From Cyanobacteriota bacterium (GTDB lineage: Bacteria; Cyanobacteriota; Cyanobacteriia; PCC-6307; Cyanobiaceae), in assembly GCA_046052125.1 (NCBI GenBank), contig JBJOMY010000002.1:1-64000 (forward strand): a stretch of DNA of 64,000 bases. The letters are read 5' to 3'. Under the pieces are notes generated by a model, which saw nothing but the letters and a program-made list of their open reading frames with translations, was not told where the DNA came from and searched no databases. The position numbers and the translations under genes are program-made. Positions 31,585 to 41,332 of this stretch are shown piece by piece (position 1 is the first letter of the stretch; every line of letters starts with the position of its first letter).

Positions 31585-33384
31585 TCACATGCGCTCGAGG
31601 GTGGGAATGCCCAGCAGGCCCAAGCCCAGTTTGAGGGTGTCCGCCGTAAGGCGGCAAAGGGCCAGGCGCGAGCGCAGAGCAGCAGGCTCAGCCTTGAGCA
31701 CCGGCACCTGGTCGTAGAAGCGGTTGAACACCTGGCTGAGCTCGAACAGATACGTACAGAGCCGGTTGGGCAGAAGTTCTTCCTCCACTTCTGCAATCAC
31801 TGAATCGAACTTCAGCAGCTCACGCACCAGCGCCCACTCCTGGGGCTCGCTGAACTGCAACGGCTCGCTGGCACCACCGCTGCCGGCCTCCAGATCACCA
31901 CCCTTGCGGGCGATGCCAGCAATGCGCACCACGGCATAGAGCAGATAAGGCGCGGTGTTGCCCTGCAGGGCCAACATCCGATCAAAGCTGAACTGATAGT
32001 TCGTGATCCGGTTCTGGCTGAGGTCGGCGTATTTCACGGCGGCCAGTCCCACCGTGGTGGCCACGTGCTGAATGAAGGCCTCGTCTTCACTGCGGCCCTC
32101 CTCCTCCAGGCGGCCGCGTAGATCGGCTTCGGCGCGCTCCACCGCTTCATCGAGCAGATCGCGCAGGCGCACGGTGTCGCCAGCACGGGTCTTGAGCTTC
32201 TTGCCGTCTTCCCCCTGCACCAGGCCGAAGGGCACATGCTCCAGCCGCCCATCCTCCGGCACCCATCCGGCCCGGCGAGCCACCTGGAACACCCCAGCGA
32301 AGTGGTTGGCCTGGCCAGCGTCAGTCACGTAGATCACGCGGCGGGCGCCATCGCCATCGGGGGCTGCTCCGAAGCGATAGCGGATCGCAGCCAGATCAGT
32401 GGTGGCGTAGTTGAAGCCGCCATCACTCTTCTGCACGATCACCGGCAGGGGCTTGCCGTCCTTACCGCTCACCCCTTCGAGAAACACGCAGCGGGCGCCG
32501 TCGTCCACCACCAACAGGCCAGCGGCGTCGAGGTCGGCAACGACGCTCTCCAGGTAGGGGTTGTAGAAGGATTCGCCGCGCTCGTTGAGGCGAATGTCGA
32601 GCCGGTCGTAGATCTTCTGGAATTCACGGCGGCTCTGATCACAGAGCAGGCCCCAGGCCTTGAGCGACACCGGATCGCCGCCTTGGAGCTTCACCACCTC
32701 TTCGCGGGAGGTGGTCTGGAAGGCCTCGTCGTCGTCGAAGCGCTGCTTGGCCTGGCGGTAGAAGGCCACCAGGTCGCCCAGATCCACCGCATCGGCGGTG
32801 TTGAGCGCTTCGGGCGCTTCCTCCTTCAAGTGGGTGATCAGCATCCCGAACTGGGTGCCCCAATCGCCCACGTGGTTAAGGCGCAGCACCGGATGGCCGC
32901 GGAACTCGAGCACCCGCGCCAGGGAGTCGCCAATGATCGTGGAGCGCAGGTGCCCCACATGCATTTCCTTGGCGATGTTGGGGCTGGAGAAATCCACCAC
33001 CACTGGCGCCCCCTGATCCACACCTGGCACCCCAAGGCGCTGATCACCGAGGCGGGTCTGCACCTCCGCGGCCAGCAGCTCAGGCCTGAGGGTGAGGTTG
33101 ATGAAGCCAGGGCCGGCGATCTGGGGCTCCAGGCAGAGCTCGTTAAACCCTGGATCTGCCTTGAGCTGCTCCACGATGGCCGTGGCGATTGCCCGCGGCG
33201 GCTGGCCCAGGGGCTTGGCCAGGGGGAGGGCGCCATTGGCCTGAAAGTCGCCGAACTCCGGCTTGCTAGCGGGGGCTAACTGCGGATCAAAACCCGAGCC
33301 AGCCGCCTCAGCTGCAGCATCGGGGAAGGCACGCTGCATGGCCGAGCGCAGCTGGGCTTCGAGGGTCTCAGCGATGCGCAGCAT
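31585..33384 (-). CDS. argS: Arginine-tRNA ligase
   Basis: [29 protein letters not shown] and KKLKTR; ends LERM. Confidence 0.97.
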   Translation of the reverse strand: MLRIAETLEAQLRSAMQRAFPDAAAEAAGSGFDPQLAPASKPEFGDFQANGALPLAKPLGQPPRAIATAIVEQLKADPGFNELCLEPQIAGPGFINLTLRPELLAAEVQTRLGDQRLGVPGVDQGAPVVVDFSSPNIAKEMHVGHLRSTIIGDSLARVLEFRGHPVLRLNHVGDWGTQFGMLITHLKEEAPEALNTADAVDLGDLVAFYRQAKQRFDDDEAFQTTSREEVVKLQGGDPVSLKAWGLLCDQSRREFQKIYDRLDIRLNERGESFYNPYLESVVADLDAAGLLVVDDGARCVFLEGVSGKDGKPLPVIVQKSDGGFNYATTDLAAIRYRFGAAPDGDGARRVIYVTDAGQANHFAGVFQVARRAGWVPEDGRLEHVPFGLVQGEDGKKLKTRAGDTVRLRDLLDEAVERAEADLRGRLEEEGRSEDEAFIQHVATTVGLAAVKYADLSQNRITNYQFSFDRMLALQGNTAPYLLYAVVRIAGIARKGGDLEAGSGGASEPLQFSEPQEWALVRELLKFDSVIAEVEEELLPNRLCTYLFELSQVFNRFYDQVPVLKAEPAALRSRLALCRLTADTLKLGLGLLGIPTLERM

Positions 33385-33444
33385 GGACTTCAGAAACCGC
33401 TCTGGCGGCATGTCTGCTTCTGATCATCCCTCCCAGCCTTGAGC

Positions 33445-34296
33445 TCAGCCCTCGAAGCGCATACTCAGATCCAGCCAGCTGCTACGTGTGATCGGAGCAC
33501 TGGTGGAGATCAGATCAATACCGGTGGCGGCATAGGCGCGCAGCTGATCGGGCTGCACACCAGATGCCTCCAGCACCACTGAGCGCGGGGCCAGCTGGCG
33601 TAATTGCGGCACCAGCTCTGCCAGAGCCTCCGGGCTGAACTCATCGAGCAACACCCCATCCGCCCCAGCCAGCACCGCTTCTTGGGCCTGTTCGGGTGTT
33701 TCAGCTTCCACAATCACCTGCGCCGGCCAGGGAGCGGCGGCCCGCACGGCTGTGAGGGCCTGGCTGATGCCACCGGCCCAGGCCAGGTGGTTCTCCTTGA
33801 GCATGGCTGCGTCATCAAGGCCGAGGCGATGGTTCACGCCACCGCCGCAGCGCACCGCGTATTTCTCCAGCACCCGCAGACCGGGGGTGGTTTTGCGGGT
33901 ATCCGCCAGACGAACGCCCGTGCCCTGCAGCTGGTCCGCCAATGCCGCCGTGGCCGTGGCAATGCCGCTGAGCCGCATAGCGAGATTCAAGGCTGTGCGC
34001 TCCACCGCCGCCAACGCCTGGGCCTGACCCTCCAGCTCCAGCAGCCGTTGACCGCAGCCCACCAGCTCCCCCTCCGCCACGAGCAACCGCACCTGCGCCT
34101 GGGGATCGAGGCTCTGGAGCAGCGGTTCCAGCAGCACCCCGCCGCAGAACACGCCCTCGGCCTTGCTGATCCAGTGGGCCCTGGCATGGGTGCCTTGCAG
34201 GGCGGGGGCCGTGAGATCACCGCGGCCGATGTCCTCCATCAGCCAGGCCTGCAGCTGAGCGCGCAGTTGCGGCGTGATCACCAGCGGAGCTGCCAT
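33445..34296 (-). CDS. nadC: Nicotinate-nucleotide pyrophosphorylase
   Basis: EDIGRGDLT, DTRKTTPGLR, NHRLGLDD and LDLSM. Confidence 0.95.
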   Translation of the reverse strand: MAAPLVITPQLRAQLQAWLMEDIGRGDLTAPALQGTHARAHWISKAEGVFCGGVLLEPLLQSLDPQAQVRLLVAEGELVGCGQRLLELEGQAQALAAVERTALNLAMRLSGIATATAALADQLQGTGVRLADTRKTTPGLRVLEKYAVRCGGGVNHRLGLDDAAMLKENHLAWAGGISQALTAVRAAAPWPAQVIVEAETPEQAQEAVLAGADGVLLDEFSPEALAELVPQLRQLAPRSVVLEASGVQPDQLRAYAATGIDLISTSAPITRSSWLDLSMRFEG

Positions 34297-34359
34297 CCAA
34301 TCCACCAGCCAACGCCCCCTCATTGTGTGGGGCAGGCCGGGGCCCATTCAGGCCAGGGT

Positions 34360-35745
34360 CTACTTGCCGATGCAGAAGCGAGAGAACACGCGATCGAGCA
34401 CCGCTTCGCTCACCTCCTCACCGGTGATCTCCCCCAGGGCGCGCACGGCTGCCCGCAGATCAATGGTCCAGAAATCCCATGGCAGCTCTTGCCGTGCAGC
34501 CTCCAGGCTGGCGCCCAAGCTCGCAGCCGCAGCTGCCGCCAGATCCTGCTGGCGGCGATTGAGCGCCAGCTGCACCCCATGGGGATCACTGTGGCCGCAG
34601 CGACTCAGCAACTGCTGCACCAGATCGTCCTGCCCCGCTCCAGTGAGGGCGCTGATGCAGACATCCGCCTGAGCACTCGGCTCATTGGCGCGGGCTAAGC
34701 AATCGGCTTTGTTGCCCACCACCACCAGCGGCACCGCCTCGGGCACCAGATCGCGCAGGGCCTGATCCTCCGCACACCACCCCGCCGAGAGGTCAAACAG
34801 CAGCAGCACCGCATCGGCGGCCTGCAAGGCGGCGCGACTGCGCTCAATGCCGATCTGCTCCACCCGATCGCTGGTGGTGCGGATGCCGGCGGTATCAAGC
34901 AGCGTGATCGGCACGCCCTGGAGCACCAGCTCGCTTTCCACCAGATCGCGGGTAGTGCCGGGCAGATCGGTCACGATGGCGCGCTCACTGCGGCTGAGCA
35001 GGTTGAGCAGGCTGGATTTGCCCACATTGGGGCGGCCCACGATCGCCACCTTGAGGCCTTCACGCAGCAGCTGACCGCGCTGGCCATCAGCCACGAGCTG
35101 CTCGAGTGCAGCCTGAACATCCTTCAGCTGGTGCGCCACAGCGGGCCCATCGAGGGGCGGCAGATCCTCTTCAAAGTCCACCCGCGCTTCCAGCTCCGCC
35201 AACTGATCGAGCAGGCGCTCGCGCAGGGATGCGATGCGCGCCTGCAAACCACCATCCAGGCCTGCCATCGCCAGCTGCGCGGCACGGCGGCTGCGGGCGG
35301 CGACCAGTTCGCTGATCGCTTCGGCACGGGTGAGATCGAGCCGTCCGTTCAAAAACGCCCGCTGGCTGAATTCGCCGGGCAGAGCACGGCGGGCGCCGCT
35401 TGCAAGCACCAACTCGAGCACCCGCTGCACGCAAATCAGGCCGCCGTGGCAGTGGAGCTCCACCACGGTTTCGCGGGTGAAGCTCCGGGGCGCTCGCATC
35501 AACAGCAGCAACGCTTCATCCACCCGCTCGCCGCTGGCGGGATTGCACACATGGCCGTAGAGCACCCGGTGGCTCTCCCAGGACTGCTCACCAGGTGCCA
35601 CAAACAAGCGGCGGCCAATCGCCTCGGCCTCGGGACCGGAGATCCGCACGATCGCCACGCTGCCCTCGCCGGGGGCAATGGCCGTGGCAACCGCAGCGAT
35701 GGTGTCGTCCGGCAAGGCGGGAGGCGGGGATGCCTCCAGTGTCAC
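34360..35745 (-). CDS. mnmE: tRNA modification GTPase MnmE
   Basis: DTIAAVAT, GRPNVGKSSL, GTTRD, DTAG and FCIGK. Confidence 0.97.
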   Translation of the reverse strand: MTLEASPPPALPDDTIAAVATAIAPGEGSVAIVRISGPEAEAIGRRLFVAPGEQSWESHRVLYGHVCNPASGERVDEALLLLMRAPRSFTRETVVELHCHGGLICVQRVLELVLASGARRALPGEFSQRAFLNGRLDLTRAEAISELVAARSRRAAQLAMAGLDGGLQARIASLRERLLDQLAELEARVDFEEDLPPLDGPAVAHQLKDVQAALEQLVADGQRGQLLREGLKVAIVGRPNVGKSSLLNLLSRSERAIVTDLPGTTRDLVESELVLQGVPITLLDTAGIRTTSDRVEQIGIERSRAALQAADAVLLLFDLSAGWCAEDQALRDLVPEAVPLVVVGNKADCLARANEPSAQADVCISALTGAGQDDLVQQLLSRCGHSDPHGVQLALNRRQQDLAAAAAASLGASLEAARQELPWDFWTIDLRAAVRALGEITGEEVSEAVLDRVFSRFCIGK

Positions 35746-35752
35746 CCGCGGC

Positions 35753-35941
35753 TCAAGACTCCGGGAAGCCGGGGCAGACCATCAGATCGATATGACCTCC
35801 GCTGGGATGGCGCCACTCCCGAAACTCTTCGGCAAGGGCCCTGTGGTTTTGGATCTGTTGCTCGTGCTCGAGCGAGATCAACCGTTGATGCACCAGATCA
35901 AGGGTGTCGTCGATCAGTTGAGCGGCCTGTTCAGAAGTCAT
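35753..35941 (-). CDS. Small hypothetical protein (62 aa)
   Basis: ATG-started, co-oriented with both neighbours, helical and acidic (MTSEQAAQLIDDTLDLVHQRL...EEFREW). Confidence 0.55.
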   Translation of the reverse strand: MTSEQAAQLIDDTLDLVHQRLISLEHEQQIQNHRALAEEFREWRHPSGGHIDLMVCPGFPES

Positions 35942-36054
35942 GGCAACGGCAGCAGGTTGCACCTGTCGTAGGCAGCCGAGCGCCGCGGAGCTGTAGTGCA
36001 CGCCACCGGCCGTGGTGTGTGTTGCCGGATCAGAACGCAAAGGAGCAGAGCCCG

Positions 36055-38397
36055 TCAGCCGATGCCGGTGCGGGCGATGTCGAGCACATCCGCCATCGAG
36101 CGGATCTGGTCCATGGTGTCGCGCAGCTGGTGGGCGCTCTGAAGCTCCACGCGCAGGTCGATGCGGGCGGGCTTGCCGGGGTTGGTGCGCACGCGGGCAT
36201 CACTCACGTTGATGCGGTGATCGGAGAGGCGGGTGAGGATGTCTTTGAGCACGCCAACGCGATCGAGCACTTCGATGCGGAGCTGCACGGGGTAGCGCCG
36301 GCGCAGGGCTTCGGCGGCATTGGGGCTCCATTGCACGGGCAGGCGCCGCTCCACCGGGACCGAGCGGAGATTGGAGCAGTCCTGGCGGTGAATGGTGATG
36401 CCGTGGTTGCCGAGGGCCACGGTGCCCACAATCGCTTCACCGGGCAGTGCGCTGCAGCAGCCGCCCATGCGGTATTCCAGGCCCTCCAACCCCAGGATCG
36501 GGCTGGCCTCACCGTGGGTGGCCAAGGAGGTGGCTGGTGCCGCGGAGGCCTGGGCCTCCACCTTGCGGGCCAGCTCCTCATTGCTGAGCTCCGGCTCCAC
36601 CTCAGCCGAAACGAGCCGCAGCTCCTCCCGCAGGCGATTGAGCACCTGATGCAGGGTGACCCCACCAAAACCGATCGCCGCCAGCAGGTCTTCGGTGGCC
36701 ACGAGGTTGCAACGCCGCGCCACCTTCGCCATCGCGTCGCCGTTGAGCAGGGCGTCAAAGCCATCGCGGCCGAGCTCCCGCTCGAGCATCGCTGTGCCGC
36801 GTTGGATGTTCTCCTCGCGGTGGCTCTTTTTGTACCACTGGCGGATGCGATTTCTGGCCGTGGGTGTAGCCACGAAGTTGAGCCAGTCGAGGCTGGGATG
36901 CGCCGCCTTGGAGGTCATCACCTGCACGAAGTCGCCGTTCTGCAGGGGCGTGGCCAGGGGACAGAGACGATCGTTAATCCGCACGCCCTGGCAGTGATTA
37001 CCAACTTCGGAGTGAATGCGATAGGCGAAATCCACAGCGGTTGAGCCCTTGCGCAGACCCACCACATCACCCTTGGGGGTGAACACGAACACCTCCTCAT
37101 CGAAGAGGTCTTCCTTGATCGAGCGAAGGAAATCGCTGCTGTCGTCGCCAACTCCATCTTTCTGCCAATCCACCAGCTGCCGCAGCCAGTTGAAGCGCTC
37201 GGCATCAGCGCCGGTGGCGGCCGGGGAGCCGCCCTCCTTGTATTTCCAGTGGGCGGCGATACCGAACTCCGCCACGCGATGCATTTCGCCGGTGCGGATC
37301 TGCACCTCGATCGGCCGATGCCGACCGATCACCGCCGTGTGCAGCGATTGGTAGCCGTTGGGCTTGGGCAGACCGATGTAGTCCTTGAAGCGGCCGGGGA
37401 TGGGCCGGAAGGTGTCGTGCACAACCGCCAGGGCCCGGTAGCAGCTCTCGAGATTCGGGCAGATGATCCGCAGGGCGGCCACGTCATAGATCTCGTGGAA
37501 CGCCTTCTGCTGACGCTGCATCTTGTTCCAGATGCCATAGAGGTGCTTCGGCCTGCCACTCACCTCACAGTCAGACAACCCCACCGCCGCCAAGCGATCG
37601 CGCAGAAGCTGAACGGTGACGCCGAGCCGCTCCTCGCGATCACTCCGCTTGCTCGCGACCTGCTGCTGCACATCGCGGAAGGCCTCGGGCTCGAGGATCT
37701 TGAAGGCCAGATCCTCCAGTTCCCACTTGAAGCGGCCGATGCCCAGGCGATTCGCGAGCGGCCCGTAGATCTCACGGGTTTCGCGGGCGATGCGCTGCTG
37801 CTTTTCGGGTTTGAGCGCCCCGAGCGTGCGCATGTTGTGGAGCCGGTCCGCCAGCTTCACCAGCACCACCCGGATGTCGCTGGCCATGGCCAGGAACATG
37901 CGCCGCAGGTTCTCCGCCTGGGCCTCGGTTTTGTTGGTGAAGTGGATGCCGCCGAGCTTGGTCACGCCCTCCACCAGCCCGCGCACCTCAGCGCCGAAAT
38001 GCTGCTCGATCTCCTCAGGGGTGACGTCGGTGTCTTCCACCACGTCGTGGAGGAAACCAGCGGCGATCACCCCTGCGCTGGCGCCGATGTCGCGCAGGAG
38101 ATCCGCCACTGCCACGGGATGACAGATGTAGGGCTCGCCACTGGCCCGCACCTGGCCGTCATGCAGCTGAAAGGCGAAATGGAACGCCGCCGCCAGCAGA
38201 CCCTCCGCATCGGTAGGGCAACTGTCGCCCGCCCCCGGGGGCACATGTTCGATGCAACGGCACAACCAGTCCGGAAGGGCGATGCCGTAATCCGCCGGGC
38301 CATGGATGCTGCGCAAACCCAAGGCCGGAGGCGCACCAGCACACACAGGCTCCTCGGGAGCAACTGCTGCAGCTGTGCCGGTTACCGCCTGGAGCAT
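36055..38397 (-). CDS. spoT: Bifunctional (p)ppGpp synthetase/hydrolase Rel/SpoT
   Basis: GEPYICHP, LHDVVEDT, KLADRLHNMRT, NGYQSLHT and EVQIRT; TGS and ACT domains. Confidence 0.95.
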   Translation of the reverse strand: MLQAVTGTAAAVAPEEPVCAGAPPALGLRSIHGPADYGIALPDWLCRCIEHVPPGAGDSCPTDAEGLLAAAFHFAFQLHDGQVRASGEPYICHPVAVADLLRDIGASAGVIAAGFLHDVVEDTDVTPEEIEQHFGAEVRGLVEGVTKLGGIHFTNKTEAQAENLRRMFLAMASDIRVVLVKLADRLHNMRTLGALKPEKQQRIARETREIYGPLANRLGIGRFKWELEDLAFKILEPEAFRDVQQQVASKRSDREERLGVTVQLLRDRLAAVGLSDCEVSGRPKHLYGIWNKMQRQQKAFHEIYDVAALRIICPNLESCYRALAVVHDTFRPIPGRFKDYIGLPKPNGYQSLHTAVIGRHRPIEVQIRTGEMHRVAEFGIAAHWKYKEGGSPAATGADAERFNWLRQLVDWQKDGVGDDSSDFLRSIKEDLFDEEVFVFTPKGDVVGLRKGSTAVDFAYRIHSEVGNHCQGVRINDRLCPLATPLQNGDFVQVMTSKAAHPSLDWLNFVATPTARNRIRQWYKKSHREENIQRGTAMLERELGRDGFDALLNGDAMAKVARRCNLVATEDLLAAIGFGGVTLHQVLNRLREELRLVSAEVEPELSNEELARKVEAQASAAPATSLATHGEASPILGLEGLEYRMGGCCSALPGEAIVGTVALGNHGITIHRQDCSNLRSVPVERRLPVQWSPNAAEALRRRYPVQLRIEVLDRVGVLKDILTRLSDHRINVSDARVRTNPGKPARIDLRVELQSAHQLRDTMDQIRSMADVLDIARTGIG

Positions 38398-38510
38398 GAC
38401 GCCCTGCCGATATTTCCATCGTATGCAGAGGGTGAAACAAACCGGCCCCAGGTTCGGGTTTGCAGGCGAAGTGGCTGCCAACCTGAGCGACAACAGCGCC
38501 GCCGCAATCC

Positions 38511-40142
38511 ATGGCCGCACGCCAGAGCTCCGGGCCGGTGCTGAAGCTCGATCAATTGCAGGTTCGCTACCCCGAGGCGAACAGCGACACCCTGGCCGGA
38601 CTAACGCTCACGCTGAACCCAGGAGAGCGACTGGCGCTGGTGGGCCCCTCCGGCTGCGGCAAGAGCACCGTGGCCCGGGCCGTGCTGCAGCTCCTTCCCC
38701 AGGGCAGCCTCTGCCAAGGGGGGCTGGAGTTGTGCGGCCAGGATCCGCGGGCGCTCCGGCGCGGGGCGCTGCGCAGGCTGCGGGGCGAAGCGGTGGGGCT
38801 GGTGTTTCAGGACCCGATGACCCGGCTCAATCCGCTGCTCACCATCGGAGAGCACCTGGCCGACACCCTGGCCCAGCACCGGCCGGCCTGGAAACGCCAC
38901 CAGGTGAGGCTGCGGGCGGAGATGCTGCTGGAGCGGGTGGGCATCCGCGCCGATCGCTACGGCAGCTACTCCCATGAATTCAGCGGTGGGATGCGCCAGC
39001 GGCTGGCGATCGCCCTGGCCATGGCCCTGGAACCGGCGCTGGTGATCGCCGACGAGCCCACCACGAGCCTCGATGTGGCGGTAGCGGGGCAGGTGATGGA
39101 AGAACTTTGCCGGCTGTGCGAGGAAGCGGGCAGCGCCCTGCTGCTGATCAGCCACGACCTGGCCATGGCCGGGCGCTGGTGCCAGCAGATCGGCGTGCTC
39201 GATCAGGGAAGGCTGGTGGAGCAGGCTCCGGCCACGGAGCTGCTCACGGCACCGCGATCCGCCCTGGCCCAACGGCTGGTGGGAGCAGCCCGCAGCCGCG
39301 AAGGCAGCCGCACGCCCGAAGCCCCAGCCGCAGCGCCTCTGCTGCTCGAACTGGAGGATCTGCGCTGCTGGCACCCCTTGCCAGGGCTGCCCTGGCAGCG
39401 CAACTGGTACCGGGCCGTGGACGGGGTGAGCCTGCAGTTGCGGCAAGGCGAAACCGTTGGGGTGGTAGGCGCTTCCGGCTGCGGCAAGAGCACCCTCTGC
39501 CGGGCCCTGATGGGGCTGGCGCCGGTGCGGGGAGGCACGGTGCGGCTGCAGGGGCAGGATCTGCGACGCCTGAGGGGCCAAGCCCTACGGCGCGCACGGC
39601 GGCGCATTCAGATGGTGTTTCAGGACCCACTGGCCTGCCTGAACCCAGTGATGACCGTGGCTGAAGCGATCGCCGATCCGCTCTTGATCCATGGACTGAG
39701 CAGCCGCAGCCAGGCGATGGAGCGGGCCCGCGAGCTACTGGCCGCCGTGGGGCTGAACCCGCCGGAGGCCTATGCACAGCGGCTACCCCGCCAACTCTCA
39801 GGCGGACAGCAACAGCGGGTGGCCATCGCCCGCGCCCTGGTGCTCGACCCACAGGTGCTGCTCTGCGACGAGAGCGTGAGCATGCTCGATGCGGAAATCC
39901 AGGCGGAGGTGCTGGAGTTGCTGAGGGAGCTGCAGCAACGGCTGGGCCTGGGCCTGGTGTTCGTGACCCACGACCTCTCGGTGGCCAGCGGCTTCTGCCA
40001 GCGCGTGATCGTGGTCGATGGAGGACGGATCGTGGAGGAGGGCCCCGGCGATCAGCTGCTGGAGCATCCGCAAGCTGCGATCACGCGCACGCTGGTGGAA
40101 GCCTGTCCTCGCCTGCCTCAGCCGGCCAGCTCCCACCACTGA
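38511..40142 (+). CDS. Dipeptide/oligopeptide-type ABC ATPase with two fused NBDs
   Basis: Two Walker A motifs (GPSGCGKS, GASGCGKS); FSGGMRQR and LSGGQQQR signatures. Confidence 0.92.
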   Translation: MAARQSSGPVLKLDQLQVRYPEANSDTLAGLTLTLNPGERLALVGPSGCGKSTVARAVLQLLPQGSLCQGGLELCGQDPRALRRGALRRLRGEAVGLVFQDPMTRLNPLLTIGEHLADTLAQHRPAWKRHQVRLRAEMLLERVGIRADRYGSYSHEFSGGMRQRLAIALAMALEPALVIADEPTTSLDVAVAGQVMEELCRLCEEAGSALLLISHDLAMAGRWCQQIGVLDQGRLVEQAPATELLTAPRSALAQRLVGAARSREGSRTPEAPAAAPLLLELEDLRCWHPLPGLPWQRNWYRAVDGVSLQLRQGETVGVVGASGCGKSTLCRALMGLAPVRGGTVRLQGQDLRRLRGQALRRARRRIQMVFQDPLACLNPVMTVAEAIADPLLIHGLSSRSQAMERARELLAAVGLNPPEAYAQRLPRQLSGGQQQRVAIARALVLDPQVLLCDESVSMLDAEIQAEVLELLRELQQRLGLGLVFVTHDLSVASGFCQRVIVVDGGRIVEEGPGDQLLEHPQAAITRTLVEACPRLPQPASSHH

Positions 40143-40351
40143 GGCTTCATGAAGTAGTCCTCGTCCTCGTAGTCCACCAGGGCGCCATCGGCGTGCTTCA
40201 CCAGGTCGCTGGGGCGCACCTCAAAACCGGCCTGACGGGCAATCGCAGCCACTTCATCCGCATCGGCCGCCGCCGCGGTGGAGAGCTCCTGCTGCAGAGC
40301 CGGATCCTGGCGGACAGCGGTGATGAAGGCGTGGAGTGCCTGCTCGGCCAT
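40118..40351 (-). CDS. Nif11-like leader-peptide protein (77 aa), in frame with the end of rluD
   Basis: MAEQALHAFITAVRQDPALQQEL...EVAAIARQAGF matches the Nif11/ProcA leader pattern. AGAGG lies 8 nt before the ATG. Confidence 0.75.
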   Translation of the reverse strand: MAEQALHAFITAVRQDPALQQELSTAAAADADEVAAIARQAGFEVRPSDLVKHADGALVDYEDEDYFMKPQWWELAG

Positions 40352-41332
40352 GGATAAGGCCTCTGGAGGGAACGTGGAACCAGTCTGATGGCGGCGGCGC
40401 AACAGGGCCAGCAGCTTCTCGAACACAGGCGGCAGCGGTGCCTCAAAGAGCATCCGCTCGCGATGAATCGGATGGTCGAGCCCCAGTTGAAAGGCATGCA
40501 AAGCCTGGCCGGGCAGGGCCAGCGGCAGCTTGCGGCAGCGGGAATACACCGGATCGCCCACGATCGGATGGCCGATATGGGCGCAGTGCACGCGGATCTG
40601 GTGCGTGCGGCCGGTGTCGAGCTTGAAGCGCATCAGGGAGTAATCGCCAAAGCGCTCCAGCAGGGTCCAGTGGGTGCAGGCATGGCGGCCGCTGTCGTCA
40701 TGCACCACGGCGTATTTCTTGCGATCGGCGGGATGGCGGCCGATGGCGCCCACGATCGTGCCGTGCTCGGCGGCGGGCACGCCGTGCACCACCGCCAGGT
40801 ATTCGCGTGAGGCGATGCGCTTCTGGATCTGCACCTGCAGCTTCACCAGCGCTTCCTGGCTTTTGGCCACCACAATGCAGCCGGTGGTGTCTTTATCGAG
40901 GCGGTGCACGATGCCGGGCCGCAACTTGCCGCTGATCCCAGGCAGATCCGGGCAGTGGTGCAGGAGCCCATTCACCAGGGTGCCGTCTTTATTGCCGGGG
41001 GCCGGATGCACCGTGAGACCAGCCGGCTTGTTGAGCACGATCAAGTGCTCGTCTTCAAACAGCACATCCAGGGGGATCTCCTGGGGCATCAGGTAAGGCA
41101 GCGGCTCCGGCGGCGGCATCCAGACCTCCACCGTGTCGCTCTGGCGCAGGGGGGTTTTGGCCTTGCCCGTGACGCCATTCACCCGCACGTAGCCAGCATC
41201 GATGAACTTCTGGATGCGGGCGCGGCTCTGCTCGGGGCGCTGAGCCACGAGCCAGCGGTCGAGCCGCATCGGCAGCGGCTTGGGGTAGGTGAGGGTGACG
41301 AGCTCGCCCTCGCCTTCGCCGAATCCGCTCAC
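40118..41332 (-). CDS. rluD: RluA/RluD-family pseudouridine synthase with in-frame C-terminal Nif11-like extension
   Basis: S4-like RLDRWL, NKPAGL, VHRLDKDTTG, TGRTHQIRVH and QALHA. No stop after ...LLALLRRR. Confidence 0.9.
   Translation of the reverse strand: MSGFGEGEGELVTLTYPKPLPMRLDRWLVAQRPEQSRARIQKFIDAGYVRVNGVTGKAKTPLRQSDTVEVWMPPPEPLPYLMPQEIPLDVLFEDEHLIVLNKPAGLTVHPAPGNKDGTLVNGLLHHCPDLPGISGKLRPGIVHRLDKDTTGCIVVAKSQEALVKLQVQIQKRIASREYLAVVHGVPAAEHGTIVGAIGRHPADRKKYAVVHDDSGRHACTHWTLLERFGDYSLMRFKLDTGRTHQIRVHCAHIGHPIVGDPVYSRCRKLPLALPGQALHAFQLGLDHPIHRERMLFEAPLPPVFEKLLALLRRRHQTGSTFPPEALSMAEQALHAFITAVRQDPALQQELSTAAAADADEVAAIARQAGFEVRPSDLVKHADGALVDYEDEDYFMKPQWWELAG

Noticed and set aside
35131..38544. 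Long antisense ORFs (637 aa, 431 aa) opposite mnmE/spoT; similar ones opposite argS, nadC and pgk
   Set aside because: Expected in GC-rich genes with strong codon bias; no recognisable motifs.
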